DNA of 64,000 nucleotides. Source: an uncultured virus (IMG/VR IMGVR_UViG_3300022745_000033). Lineage: Duplodnaviria > Heunggongvirae > Uroviricota > Caudoviricetes. Position 1 is the first letter of the stretch. The number at the start of each line of letters is the position of its first letter. Under the pieces are notes generated by a model. That model was not told the origin of the DNA. It saw only the letters and a program-made list of their open reading frames with translations, and did not search any database. Where the stretch lies: the IMG/VR virus record IMGVR_UViG_3300022745_000033; one strand, given 5' to 3'. Position numbers and translations under genes: made by a program. Shown here one piece after another: positions 1-9,871 of the stretch.

Positions 1-1
1 A

Positions 2-193
2 ACCAAAGGCGGGTCGGGCGGCGGCGGCGGCGGCGCGTCGACCAACACAACTTTTGCTGCGGGTGATGGTGGCGCAGGGGGTCAGGGCGGCGGTGGCGGT
101 GGCGGTGGCGGCTGCGGTGGCGGCACCCCAGGCGGTCTTGGTGGTAACGGCGGGGTGGGAGGTTTCGGCTACGCAGTAGTTATCAGCTGGTAA
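2..193 (+). CDS. 3' end of a glycine-rich tail/fibre protein (partial)
   Basis: Frame 2 reads TKGGSGGGGGG...GGNGGVGGFGYAVVISW-stop; Gly-rich C-terminus typical of phage tail proteins; gene starts before the window. Confidence 0.7.
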   Translation, partial: TKGGSGGGGGGASTNTTFAAGDGGAGGQGGGGGGGGGCGGGTPGGLGGNGGVGGFGYAVVISW

Positions 194-198
194 GCTAA

Positions 199-2853
199 AT
201 GGCTCTGCTCGGGTCATTTGACGTCACGCTGCGCCCCGAAGGCTGGCTCGATGCCACTGCCGTAGCCGGGGGATGGTTCGACCCCGAGCTGGTCGACACT
301 GCGGGCGGGGCAGGGCAGAGCGCAAGCGTCGTCGAGGCTTCCTCGGCGGCTGAGTCATCGGGTGCGCAAGTTGTTTATGCAGCATCTTCGAGCGAGGCGG
401 CTGGTGGAGCAGACGCCGCCAGCGCCGCGAACATTTCTTCCACAACGTCCGCCGAGGCAGTAGTCGCCGGTGACTCCACCACTGGCTTGACGACTCAGAT
501 CGCGTCGACCTCCGAGGCTATCAGCTCAGCCGATGCGCTAACCGCCGCCTCAACGCTAGCGGGTGTTTCTGCCGAAGCAGCATCGGCCACCGATTCCACG
601 TCCACCCTGGCGGCGCTGGCGTCAACCGCATCGGAGCCAGCAAGCGCGACGGACGCTGGTGCCGCCACAAAGAACACTCAGGACTCCGTTTCAGAGGCCA
701 CCGCAGCTTCTGATTCGCCGTCAGCAAACACTCCTGGCGCAACGGCTTCAGCGGCGGAGTCCGGCGCTGCATCTGACGCGCAGTCTGCCGCTGCTGCGGT
801 TACTTCCGCTGTCTCTGAATCCGCAACAGCCAGTGAAGCCGCATCGACGTCGGCAGCGATCTTGTCAACTACCTCCGAGCCAGGATCGGCGGTCGATAGC
901 GCGTCGGCTTTGGGTGCCCTTGTCGGGGCGGCGTCGGAGCCTGTTTCGGCGCTGGACGCCGCGGCTGGCACGAACGTGACGGTGGCTGCGGCGACCGAGG
1001 TCGGCGCTGCGTCTGACGCCGGTTCGGCGTCCGGTGTGTTGGCTGCATCTGGTGCCGAACCTACGGCCGGGTCTGATGCGTCGTCAGCGACCTCGTTCAG
1101 CGGTGGTGCATCCGTCACCGAGTCTGGCGCGGCCGCTGATACGCTGTCTGCCGCGGCCACGTTGGCGGCTGTAGCGGCAGAGGCGGCGGCATCCATCGAC
1201 GCACTCCTTGCATCCGCGTCCGCTTCTGATGCAGCAGTCGAGACCGCTGCAGGCTCGGATTCTGCGAGTGTTGCTCGTGGTACCGTTGCAAACTCTTTTG
1301 AAGAACCATCACGCACCAACAGGATACCTAACAGCACCATGCAAGGGGTGGTGGCGGGCACACCCGGTACGTTACCAACAGGCTGGACGCCGGTGGCAGG
1401 GCTGGGCACCACCCGGTCGGTCGTCGCCACTGGTGTTGACGCAACCACCGGATACCCCTACGTTGATATCCGCTTCAGCGGCACCACAACAGGTGCTGGT
1501 GGGGTCAACATCTACCTGTGCGGAACGAATGATGTGCCGGCCAGCGCCGGGCAGGTCTGGTCTGGCAGCGCCTATGTCGCACTGGTTGCCGGTAGCCTGA
1601 CGAACATCACTAACGTCCGGGAAATTGCCGACTGGCGCACATCCAGTGCGTACATTTCCACAGCCGTCGGGGCTGACTTCAAGGCATCGCTGACGGCCAC
1701 GCCACAACGGTTCAGTGCGGCGTTTACAGCTGTAGCCAACACAAGCTTCGTACTGCCGGCAGTGCAGCTTGTGGTCAGCGGTGCGGTGGCGATTGACATT
1801 ACGCTGCGCGTCGTTGCGCCGCAGCTGGAATACGGGTCCGCCCCGACAGCCTTCATCCCCACCTACGGTACCGCGGCATCTGCTGGCACCGTAGACGCCA
1901 CAGACTCTACGCTCACTGCAGCAGCGTCCACCGCGGAGCCGGTGTCCTCCGCCGACCTCACCTCCGCACTTAGTGCGGTGACTGCAGTAGTAACGGAAGC
2001 TGGCGCCGGGGTCGACGCACTCCAAACTACCGCTACCCTGGTGGCCGCTGCGACTGAGACCAACACTGCCGACTCCCAGCAGACGACCGGTACCGTGTCG
2101 GCGGCTTTAACCTCAGAGAACAGTCCCGCAAGTGAAAGTTCGGTAAGTGGGGGTCTGCTGGCTGCGGCCACAGCTGAAGCTGTGACGGGTACAGAGCTGA
2201 CGGGCGCCCAACCTCTGCTCAACGCCGCACGGGTGGAAACAAACACTGCAAGCGAAATTTACTCAGCTGCAACCACTGCAAGCGGCGCCGTCGTTGAAGC
2301 GGTTTCTACGTCGGACGCCCCCAGTGCTTCCGCCGCCATGGTGTCTGCTTCATCGGAGGCGCTTGCTGCAACCGACTCTGCATCCACATCCGGGGCAAAC
2401 GCAGCCGGTGTCTCTGAGGCTTCTAGCGCTGGTGAATCCGGGGGAGGAGTAAAGACACAATTCGCGGGGAGTGTCGAGGCTGCTGCGGTAACTGACGGCC
2501 CAGCGGCAGTGCGGTCTATGCAGACAGCCGCCACTGAAGGACTTGCTGCAACCGACGTAAGCACGCTGGTCGCATATTTTGTTGGGCAGGCAACTGAAAC
2601 CGCAAACGCAGCAGAGATATTCCTGGCATCGTTGACCACCTTGGCTTACACCCAGGAGATCGGTTATGCCGCCGATTCTCACTTGGCGGTGGTATCCAGC
2701 TTCCTGCATCAAGACCCCCACCGTACCGTTGTCGTGGGAACTGACACGAGGGGGCTGGCGGTCGGCCCGGAACTCAGGCAAGTAACGGTCGACTATTCGC
2801 CCGGGAGGATCACTATCGCCTCTGACGCCAGAACACCTACTCTGCAGTCTTAG
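199..2853 (+). CDS. Ala/Ser/Thr-rich repetitive tail fibre/virion protein with an internal carbohydrate-binding-like domain
   Basis: 884 aa; ~20-aa E-x5-D repeats flank a globular insert ending in QLEYGSAPTAFIPT, a motif common in phage tail modules. Confidence 0.65.
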   Translation: MALLGSFDVTLRPEGWLDATAVAGGWFDPELVDTAGGAGQSASVVEASSAAESSGAQVVYAASSSEAAGGADAASAANISSTTSAEAVVAGDSTTGLTTQIASTSEAISSADALTAASTLAGVSAEAASATDSTSTLAALASTASEPASATDAGAATKNTQDSVSEATAASDSPSANTPGATASAAESGAASDAQSAAAAVTSAVSESATASEAASTSAAILSTTSEPGSAVDSASALGALVGAASEPVSALDAAAGTNVTVAAATEVGAASDAGSASGVLAASGAEPTAGSDASSATSFSGGASVTESGAAADTLSAAATLAAVAAEAAASIDALLASASASDAAVETAAGSDSASVARGTVANSFEEPSRTNRIPNSTMQGVVAGTPGTLPTGWTPVAGLGTTRSVVATGVDATTGYPYVDIRFSGTTTGAGGVNIYLCGTNDVPASAGQVWSGSAYVALVAGSLTNITNVREIADWRTSSAYISTAVGADFKASLTATPQRFSAAFTAVANTSFVLPAVQLVVSGAVAIDITLRVVAPQLEYGSAPTAFIPTYGTAASAGTVDATDSTLTAAASTAEPVSSADLTSALSAVTAVVTEAGAGVDALQTTATLVAAATETNTADSQQTTGTVSAALTSENSPASESSVSGGLLAAATAEAVTGTELTGAQPLLNAARVETNTASEIYSAATTASGAVVEAVSTSDAPSASAAMVSASSEALAATDSASTSGANAAGVSEASSAGESGGGVKTQFAGSVEAAAVTDGPAAVRSMQTAATEGLAATDVSTLVAYFVGQATETANAAEIFLASLTTLAYTQEIGYAADSHLAVVSSFLHQDPHRTVVVGTDTRGLAVGPELRQVTVDYSPGRITIASDARTPTLQS

Positions 2854-2896
2854 CAGTCATCTAAGTTAGAATGTCCCATGTTTCTAGGAGTCTCCC

Positions 2897-3307
2897 ATGG
2901 CCAACGCCCTCTATGCAAAAGGCAAGGAAAAGCTGCTCAGCTCCACCAACGCCATCTCCCTTGACACTGACACCATCAAGGTGGCGTTGGTCAAGAATGA
3001 CTATGCCCAGAACCTTGCGACTGACGAGTTCTACACGTCGATCAGCGCCAGCGTTGTGGGTACACCCCAGACTCTAATATCTAAGACGATAACGGGCGGA
3101 GTCTTCGATGCCACCGACGTGACGTTCTCGACTGTCGCGGCGGGCAGTACCTGTGAAGGCGTGGTGATCTACAAAGACACCGGCACTGCTGGCACCTCTG
3201 CGCTGCTCGCCTATATCGACACCATCACAGGCTTCCCGCTCGCCACCAACGGCGGTGACGTTGTGATCCAGTGGGACAACGGCGCTTACAAAATCTTCAG
3301 TCTGTAA
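2897..3307 (+). CDS. virion structural (tail-associated) protein
   Basis: 136 aa, AGGAG RBS; beta-rich sequence of a common phage structural type; position in tail module. Confidence 0.65.
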   Translation: MANALYAKGKEKLLSSTNAISLDTDTIKVALVKNDYAQNLATDEFYTSISASVVGTPQTLISKTITGGVFDATDVTFSTVAAGSTCEGVVIYKDTGTAGTSALLAYIDTITGFPLATNGGDVVIQWDNGAYKIFSL

Positions 3308-3316
3308 GGGTGAGCC

Positions 3317-4465
3317 ATGCCCGCCGTATTCCCCAATAACCTCTCGACGACTCTAGCTACGGGGTTGACCTCCGGGGGCTTCTCCATCACGGTTGCGAGT
3401 GGGGACGGCGCGAAGTTTGTGAATAACTACCCGATGGTCGTGAACCCTGATCGGGGTTGCTATATGTGGGCCACGCTCAGCAACCCGTCGGTCCGCCCAC
3501 AGACAGAGCAAGTGCGGGTTGTCAACGTGGTGGGGGACGTACTCTCGCTCGACAACCGATCTATCGCCGGGACGGATACAGAGTCGCGGGCATGGCCCGC
3601 AGGCACAGTCCTCGAAGTGCGCTTGTGCCAAGAGGCGTTGCGTGACGTACTGGTCAACCAGGCATCCAACCAAAGCAACAGCGTCCGGCTCACAGGGACT
3701 TACAACGGCCCGCCCAGCGGATTTACCACGCCCGACAGCAGCTTCTCGGTAGGCGATGGCATCGCCGCGACTCGTCCGCGCAGCTGGAACATCTTCGGCG
3801 TACCCATGCTGATGCGCGACGCATGGTATGGGTCAGTCGACATCACCAACAACGGTATGACTGCTTGTGAAGCCATCGTGTCGACCGGCATCATGGACCT
3901 TGGCAACCGCGTGCCTTGGGCGTCTGGTGGCAGCTACATTGACGGTGACGTGGTGCGCCCTACGACCGACGACGGTCGCCAGTACACCTTCTTCGACGGG
4001 CTCTACACGCCCAGTGCCACACCCAACGCCCGCACAGGTCAAGCGACTGAGCCGAACTGGTCCGCCTCGGGTGGCTTCGGCGGCGGCATCGCCGCCACAA
4101 CCGACAACAAACATTGGTGGGTGGACAACGGCGACTTGAACACGGGACTGGAGTATCGCTTTGGTGTGGATGACAACTTCCACTTCTACCCGTCCGAGAT
4201 GGGCTTCATCTGTCAGAAGTACAACGGTGTGACAGCCGCGCCGTTCATCTCTATCGGCAAGGACGCGGCCAACCCGACCTCCATCGTGAACAACGTGCAG
4301 CTGTCCACCATCACTGCCGCGAACATGCGTCAGCGCTTCACCAGCATGCCGGACATTGGCCTCACGCGGCTCAACATCAAGGTAAACACGAAGGCCACCG
4401 GCACCAACTCGCAGTTCATGGGGCGTTTCTACTTCAAGGGCATGTTCGTCCAGACACGGGGGTAA
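3317..4465 (+). CDS. tail protein / putative receptor-binding protein
   Basis: 382 aa; N-terminal NNLSTTLA..ITVASGDGAKF tail-type motif; W-x4-Y-x2-GD-x-V sugar-binding-like motif (PWASGGSYIDGDVVRP). Confidence 0.6.
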   Translation: MPAVFPNNLSTTLATGLTSGGFSITVASGDGAKFVNNYPMVVNPDRGCYMWATLSNPSVRPQTEQVRVVNVVGDVLSLDNRSIAGTDTESRAWPAGTVLEVRLCQEALRDVLVNQASNQSNSVRLTGTYNGPPSGFTTPDSSFSVGDGIAATRPRSWNIFGVPMLMRDAWYGSVDITNNGMTACEAIVSTGIMDLGNRVPWASGGSYIDGDVVRPTTDDGRQYTFFDGLYTPSATPNARTGQATEPNWSASGGFGGGIAATTDNKHWWVDNGDLNTGLEYRFGVDDNFHFYPSEMGFICQKYNGVTAAPFISIGKDAANPTSIVNNVQLSTITAANMRQRFTSMPDIGLTRLNIKVNTKATGTNSQFMGRFYFKGMFVQTRG

Positions 4466-4468
4466 GCC

Positions 4469-5890
4469 ATGCTGATCAATGGCTCTGCCGTCAATCAGGC
4501 CGCAGTCAATGGGGATCATGGTGCCCCGTGGAGCCCCCTCTATATCCCGACGGGATTCACCTCTGGTGGCTTCGGCACACCGTTTCGGCCAGCTACATAC
4601 TGCCAGGTCTCCAACGAGGTCCTCTACGCACCTCAACCAATCAATGCCCTGACAGCCACCTTTGCCAGCGCCGCAGTAACCAGCGACATCACCACGTCTA
4701 CTGGGTGGAGTGTTCTCTCGGGGGCTATTTCTGGTGGCGTGCTGGGCGACCCAACAGCGACTTCGTTCGGCGGGTGGCGTGAGGCACAACTTACTTTCGC
4801 TACCCCAATCACGCCTACGCTGCCGCTGACCATCACGGCAAACATGGTTGCCAAGAACCGCCCAGGCGGCTCTTCCCACGTTTTCACTGTGCAGCTCCAG
4901 CAGAGTACAGGTAATCTTGACATTACCGTCTCCAACGGCAGCTCGGGCACAAACAACCTTCAGTTCTCCACCCCTTGGGGTTATGTAGAGGAGACCGCTG
5001 CTGTCTGGACTGATGGGCAGGCGCTCACCATGCGGGCTGAGTTCACAGCAACCGACCTGAAGTTTTACCTCAACAACGTCCTCAAGATCATCAATTTCGG
5101 AGGGGCCTCGCCGAGCGGTCTCACAGGTGTGTATGTCAACGGGGGGTACGTAGACATCGACAACCTGACGTTCGTCGCCACTGGTTCGCCGGTCTACACG
5201 CCGAACTTCGACACGCCTGTGGCAAATCTGGGCACGCCGTTGCTCCCTTACACCGCGCTCCACACCGGTCCGATTGCAAAGGTGCCTGCGCCCTACCGCG
5301 TGTTCACCCAGACTGTGCAGCCCGCAGGGTTCAGCGCCACCCGCATCCCTGAGTATTTCTACGCTACCCCGGGCCTCCCTCCGTACGTCGTCAACGGCGT
5401 CTATGCACAGGAGACCTTCACGCCGGTCGTGTTCGGCACACCCGTCGCGCTGACCCCGGTGAGCGCTCCAGCCAGTGGGCTGGACTCCACCATCTTCGGC
5501 ACCCCAAACAACGCCCGCCGCATCCCTGCCGCAGGCTTCAGTGCCACCCACCTCGGCACGCCCTCGCTGGCAACGGGCCAGGGCGTCACGGGGTGGGTCG
5601 CCACAATGCTGGGCACACCCATCTCTGCCTACCGCCAGCCTGCTGCGAGCACCTACCGCGCCACGCGCTTTGGCCTGCCCACGTACACCCTGCCCAACAC
5701 ACGGAGCACCTACGGCTTCTGCCGCACGTGGTTTGGCCATCATCGCTCGGTTGTAGGCACGATGCGTACGGTCAGCGGCATCGCCGCGGGTCACTTTGGC
5801 ACACCGTCCACTTTCGCTCGCGCCAAGGCGCTGCACGTTCCTCCGGCCTGCCGCTTCGGTAAACCCCTCATGACCCGGGCACTGCCATGA
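4469..5890 (+). CDS. tail/virion protein with FGTP-type repeats
   Basis: 473 aa; recurring (F/L)GTP motifs around a beta-rich central domain; tail module context. Confidence 0.55.
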   Translation: MLINGSAVNQAAVNGDHGAPWSPLYIPTGFTSGGFGTPFRPATYCQVSNEVLYAPQPINALTATFASAAVTSDITTSTGWSVLSGAISGGVLGDPTATSFGGWREAQLTFATPITPTLPLTITANMVAKNRPGGSSHVFTVQLQQSTGNLDITVSNGSSGTNNLQFSTPWGYVEETAAVWTDGQALTMRAEFTATDLKFYLNNVLKIINFGGASPSGLTGVYVNGGYVDIDNLTFVATGSPVYTPNFDTPVANLGTPLLPYTALHTGPIAKVPAPYRVFTQTVQPAGFSATRIPEYFYATPGLPPYVVNGVYAQETFTPVVFGTPVALTPVSAPASGLDSTIFGTPNNARRIPAAGFSATHLGTPSLATGQGVTGWVATMLGTPISAYRQPAASTYRATRFGLPTYTLPNTRSTYGFCRTWFGHHRSVVGTMRTVSGIAAGHFGTPSTFARAKALHVPPACRFGKPLMTRALP

Positions 5891-7053
5891 TCACACTGAA
5901 CAAATTCCTCGGCATCAACAACGTCCTGCCTGAACACCGCATCAAAGATGCTGAACTGGCTGTCGCTACCGACGTGAACATCGGTCACTCTGGGGAACTG
6001 AGCCGCCGCGAAGGCTACACCAAGACCTCCAGCGTCAGTCACCGCTATCTGCACGAGGGTGCCGGATTCACACTGGCTGTGCGCGGCGGTGATCTGGTCA
6101 AGACTACGGGTGCAGTGCAGACCCTGTTGCAAGCGTCTGTGGGTGCTGGCCGCATGTGGTACTGCAACCTGCCTGATGGACGCACCACGTTCAGCAACGG
6201 CCTGATCCACGGCATCACTGACGGCTCCACCACAACCGGGTGGGGTATCCCTCTGCCGCCCAGCATCGGTGTCTTGACAGACGTGGCCGGTCAGCTCCAC
6301 CCTGGCGACTATCAGTACGCCATCACCTACGTGCGTATCTCCGACGGCCTCGAAGGTGGCCCTTCGTACTCCAACCCCCTTCCCGTACCGGACGGTGGCA
6401 TCCTGCTGACCGGCCTGCCCGTCGAGGCTGGCTACCGCATTAACGTCTACCTCTCCAGCGTGGACGGCGGGCAGATGTTCTATGCAGGCAACACGCTCAA
6501 CGACGCATTCAGCTACCTCGGCAAGAACGACGCCTTGACCATGCCCTGCCGCACGGATTTCCTGCACCCAATGCCTGTAGGCACGGTGACCGCCTACTGG
6601 CGCGGTCGCACTTTGGTGGCGCAAGGTGGCGTGCTGTGGGCCTCTGAACTGCACCGCCCTGAGCTGTGCAACATGCGTCGCAGCTTCAAGCAGTTCACCG
6701 CGCCGATCACACTGATCCAGCCGGTCGAGGACGGCATCTACATCGGCACCGAAGACGAGCTGGCGTTCCTGACCGGTGTGGAGTTCGAGACCCTGACCTA
6801 CGCCCAGAAGGTGCAGGGTCGTGTGGTGCTCGGCTCTGGCGTGGCTGTTGAAGGTGAGAAGATCAAGCGCGGCGACGGAGTAGGGCAGGGGCAAGCCATG
6901 ATCTGCATCGCCGATCACCTGCTCGTCGCCGGGTTCCATGGCGGAGAGGTGCTGCGCATGACCGAAAGCAGTTATTCGACAGCGGCTACGGAGGTCGCAG
7001 CTACCCTGCGCATGGTTGGCGAGATCCCGCAATACGTGGCGATCCCGCTATGA
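5887..7053 (+). CDS. virion structural protein (possible tail tube/nozzle component)
   Basis: 388 aa, ATGA overlap with upstream gene, phage-like codon usage. Confidence 0.5.
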   Translation: MITLNKFLGINNVLPEHRIKDAELAVATDVNIGHSGELSRREGYTKTSSVSHRYLHEGAGFTLAVRGGDLVKTTGAVQTLLQASVGAGRMWYCNLPDGRTTFSNGLIHGITDGSTTTGWGIPLPPSIGVLTDVAGQLHPGDYQYAITYVRISDGLEGGPSYSNPLPVPDGGILLTGLPVEAGYRINVYLSSVDGGQMFYAGNTLNDAFSYLGKNDALTMPCRTDFLHPMPVGTVTAYWRGRTLVAQGGVLWASELHRPELCNMRRSFKQFTAPITLIQPVEDGIYIGTEDELAFLTGVEFETLTYAQKVQGRVVLGSGVAVEGEKIKRGDGVGQGQAMICIADHLLVAGFHGGEVLRMTESSYSTAATEVAATLRMVGEIPQYVAIPL

Positions 7054-9434
7054 CGCTCTATAACGGCAACTGGATAGATGGGCAAGGCGACCCGATCACG
7101 GGTCGCACGCCTGCATCTATTGTTGTCGATGGCAACGGCGGCACACTGACCAGGGGGCAGCAGGGCGACCTGGCGCACCACTTCAAGCTGTTCTGCGATC
7201 AAGTGAGTGGCTCTGTATTCCCGGCTGGGCTCCACATCCGCCACGGTGAGCTGAGCGACGGGTCGCGGTACGTGATGCGCTCCATCAACAACTGCCAATC
7301 GGTCCAAGTGAAGGTGACCGGCGGCGAGAAGAAAGAGCTGTACCATGGTATTGGTATTGCATTTGAGGGAGTTGACGGCACCACTGTGCCACCGTGGGAG
7401 CGCCCCACATCCACCACGAACCCGACCCCGCAGCCGCAGCCCGTTGTGCTGATCCCGGACAACGTCGGCAACTGGCGCGTGAAACGTGTGAAGAAGCTGG
7501 TGGGTGGCACAAACATCTGGGTGAACAAAGCTCGCACGCAGTGGATCAGCACCCTCTACGGCTATTACTCTCCCACAGTAGACATGGTCAAGGGCGGTGG
7601 ACTCGCAAAGCCCTATGAGCCCTGGATGAAAGGGGACGCCGGGCGTATCAGCCAGTATTACCAAGGCACCGGGTACTCATTCGACAAAGGCCGCTATGTG
7701 ATGGCTCTCAACGAAACGTTGGGACTCACACCCGGCTTGATCCAGACCCAGGTGTTCTACGCAGCCGGGAAAATGGCCTACATCGAATGCACGGATACCA
7801 CGACCCTGACGCTTCACACGAGCAACCGAAAAGATGTGAAAGGTCTGGAGGTCAAGCCGGCGTCGAGCCTGTCTTCTGGCGACTACCTGGAGTCGGGCTT
7901 TACCGCCACAGTGAGCCCGCCGGCCGGGTACACCATCAATATGAGCTTCACTCACCCGACGGTTCATCCTGATGGTAAACGAGCCATTGTGATGTTGGCC
8001 CCGACGGGTAGCAGCTACCCCCCTGCATACGGCAAGATCGGGCTCAACATCCCTGCGGGTTCGGGCATGACGCCTAGCGTCAGTATGGCTCTGGCGTCCA
8101 TGAGCACGCCAGCAGACACATCGGCGCCGTTGACCACGATCAGTACGTGTACGGGCCTGATTACCTTGTCGCCCACTGTGGCGACGGTTGCCACGGAACC
8201 CTACCCCACAACCTGTAGTCCCACCGGGGACCACATGCCGACGGGACCGTACCTCACGACCACCGAACAGCCCGGTGTCATCGGGGTCAGCTCCCAGGCT
8301 CATTACCACCGCAAAAGCGGTGGTAGTGGTCGCAGTAGCTTCCCTGCAATGGCGTACTACGCCCTGAACGGCGACCTGGTAGAGACCTACCAGTATTCGG
8401 AGGCGACTTACGGGCATGAGTGGGTGGCAGACCAGACCTACTCAGGGTCGGCCACGTATGTGAGCGGTGTGAGCACGCTGGGGTATCTGGAAACACCGGG
8501 GAGTGGCACATCCAGCGCGACGATGACCTTCAGCGACTACTCGAACAGTGAGACGTACATTCACACACCCAAATCGCCAGTGAAGGGGGACAAGATCACT
8601 TATGCCGTGTCCATGACAGGCACGGCAACACAGACGGGTAATGCCACGGAGTCGGTCACTATCGACTACAACATGGTGAACAACCACGATATCTATGGCA
8701 CGTTGTTCCATGATCACATCAACGACATCGTCGTGCGTGTCGCAGACATACGCCGGGCTTCGGCAGCGGGCACGTTCACGGGTTCATTGACCGGCCTTGC
8801 CCTCTCCTCACCAACTGCGGATATTTCGCGGACGATCACACTTGAAGTGGTGCGTGCCGGTGTCGTGGAGAAATCCATCCCTATCGAGTGCCCCAACTCA
8901 AAAACGACCGCGACTGTGCGCCTCTCCAACAATGGCAACCTGTTCGGGTTGTTCCCCCTGGTGGGGAACTCTGGGAACCTGTCGACGACAGTCACGTACA
9001 ACCCCATCACAACCACTTACCACCCCGTAACTTACGCTGGTGAGTGCCGTGCCGATAACGGTGTGTTTACCGGGCGCACCTATGGCCCGAGTACGGCTGA
9101 ATTCACGGTGAATGAGTCGGCATGGTCCGGGTCCCCCATCACTGACCCACAACCGGGTCTGTCTGTAGCTGCCGTTGGCGTGATGAGTCTCTTTGAGACG
9201 CATGTAGCCCGCGACCCTCGCACACTCGCATCAGTGGTGCATGTCCTGTTCAAGAAAGATGACTGGGTTCCGGGGGCGACACGGCAAAGCTGGTTCTTCG
9301 CCATCGACTCCAAAAAGACGAAATCCTTGAACGAAATCCTCAATGCGGCAACCACCCCCACGAACGCCATCGACCTTGACCTGCCGCTGCGACCCTGGGC
9401 CGAGGCATCCCTCCATTCACTGGTGAGTATATGA
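7050..9434 (+). CDS. Thr/Ser-rich virion protein, hypothetical
   Basis: 794 aa, ATGA-coupled on both sides, within the structural operon. Confidence 0.55.
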   Translation: MTLYNGNWIDGQGDPITGRTPASIVVDGNGGTLTRGQQGDLAHHFKLFCDQVSGSVFPAGLHIRHGELSDGSRYVMRSINNCQSVQVKVTGGEKKELYHGIGIAFEGVDGTTVPPWERPTSTTNPTPQPQPVVLIPDNVGNWRVKRVKKLVGGTNIWVNKARTQWISTLYGYYSPTVDMVKGGGLAKPYEPWMKGDAGRISQYYQGTGYSFDKGRYVMALNETLGLTPGLIQTQVFYAAGKMAYIECTDTTTLTLHTSNRKDVKGLEVKPASSLSSGDYLESGFTATVSPPAGYTINMSFTHPTVHPDGKRAIVMLAPTGSSYPPAYGKIGLNIPAGSGMTPSVSMALASMSTPADTSAPLTTISTCTGLITLSPTVATVATEPYPTTCSPTGDHMPTGPYLTTTEQPGVIGVSSQAHYHRKSGGSGRSSFPAMAYYALNGDLVETYQYSEATYGHEWVADQTYSGSATYVSGVSTLGYLETPGSGTSSATMTFSDYSNSETYIHTPKSPVKGDKITYAVSMTGTATQTGNATESVTIDYNMVNNHDIYGTLFHDHINDIVVRVADIRRASAAGTFTGSLTGLALSSPTADISRTITLEVVRAGVVEKSIPIECPNSKTTATVRLSNNGNLFGLFPLVGNSGNLSTTVTYNPITTTYHPVTYAGECRADNGVFTGRTYGPSTAEFTVNESAWSGSPITDPQPGLSVAAVGVMSLFETHVARDPRTLASVVHVLFKKDDWVPGATRQSWFFAIDSKKTKSLNEILNAATTPTNAIDLDLPLRPWAEASLHSLVSI

Positions 9435-9871
9435 ACACAATCGTCATGAACACCCTCACGGGCGCGGTGTCTGAATACACCAATTTCACGTTTGACAGCA
9501 TCACACCCACGAAAGCGGGAAGCAGCGCTGGGTTGTTCACCTTCGGTGGCAATCTGGACGTTCTTGCGCCCATCGTCTCGGTAGTCCGCACTGGTAAAAA
9601 AATCTGGGGGACGACGATGATCAAGTACCTTGGAATGATCTTCTTTGCCATCAAGGGCAGTGGCGTCAGTACGTCGATTGTGGTAGGAGAAACAGCCTCA
9701 TACCAGTACAATTTCCCAATCGAACCGGGTGGTGAATCGCGCAGCAAGCCTGGGCGAGGAATCCGCGAAAGCTACCTCGCCTTCGGGTACAGCAATACCG
9801 ATGGCGCGGATTTCCAACTGGACCAGATTGAGGTCGAACTCGTCAAGTCCACCACTCGGAGGACTCAATAA
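9431..9871 (+). CDS. hypothetical virion protein
   Basis: 146 aa, translationally coupled to neighbours. Confidence 0.55.
   Translation: MNTIVMNTLTGAVSEYTNFTFDSITPTKAGSSAGLFTFGGNLDVLAPIVSVVRTGKKIWGTTMIKYLGMIFFAIKGSGVSTSIVVGETASYQYNFPIEPGGESRSKPGRGIRESYLAFGYSNTDGADFQLDQIEVELVKSTTRRTQ

Noticed and set aside
3833..5836. 667-aa minus-strand ORF and other long antisense ORFs (e.g. 16694-18655, 15050-16498, 48485-49780, 55586-56833)
   Set aside because: Shadows of GC3-biased genes on the opposite strand; no RBS or recognisable motifs
199..9434. Diversity-generating retroelement or invertible tail-fibre switch
   Set aside because: No reverse transcriptase, template/variable repeat pair or invertase seen in the window
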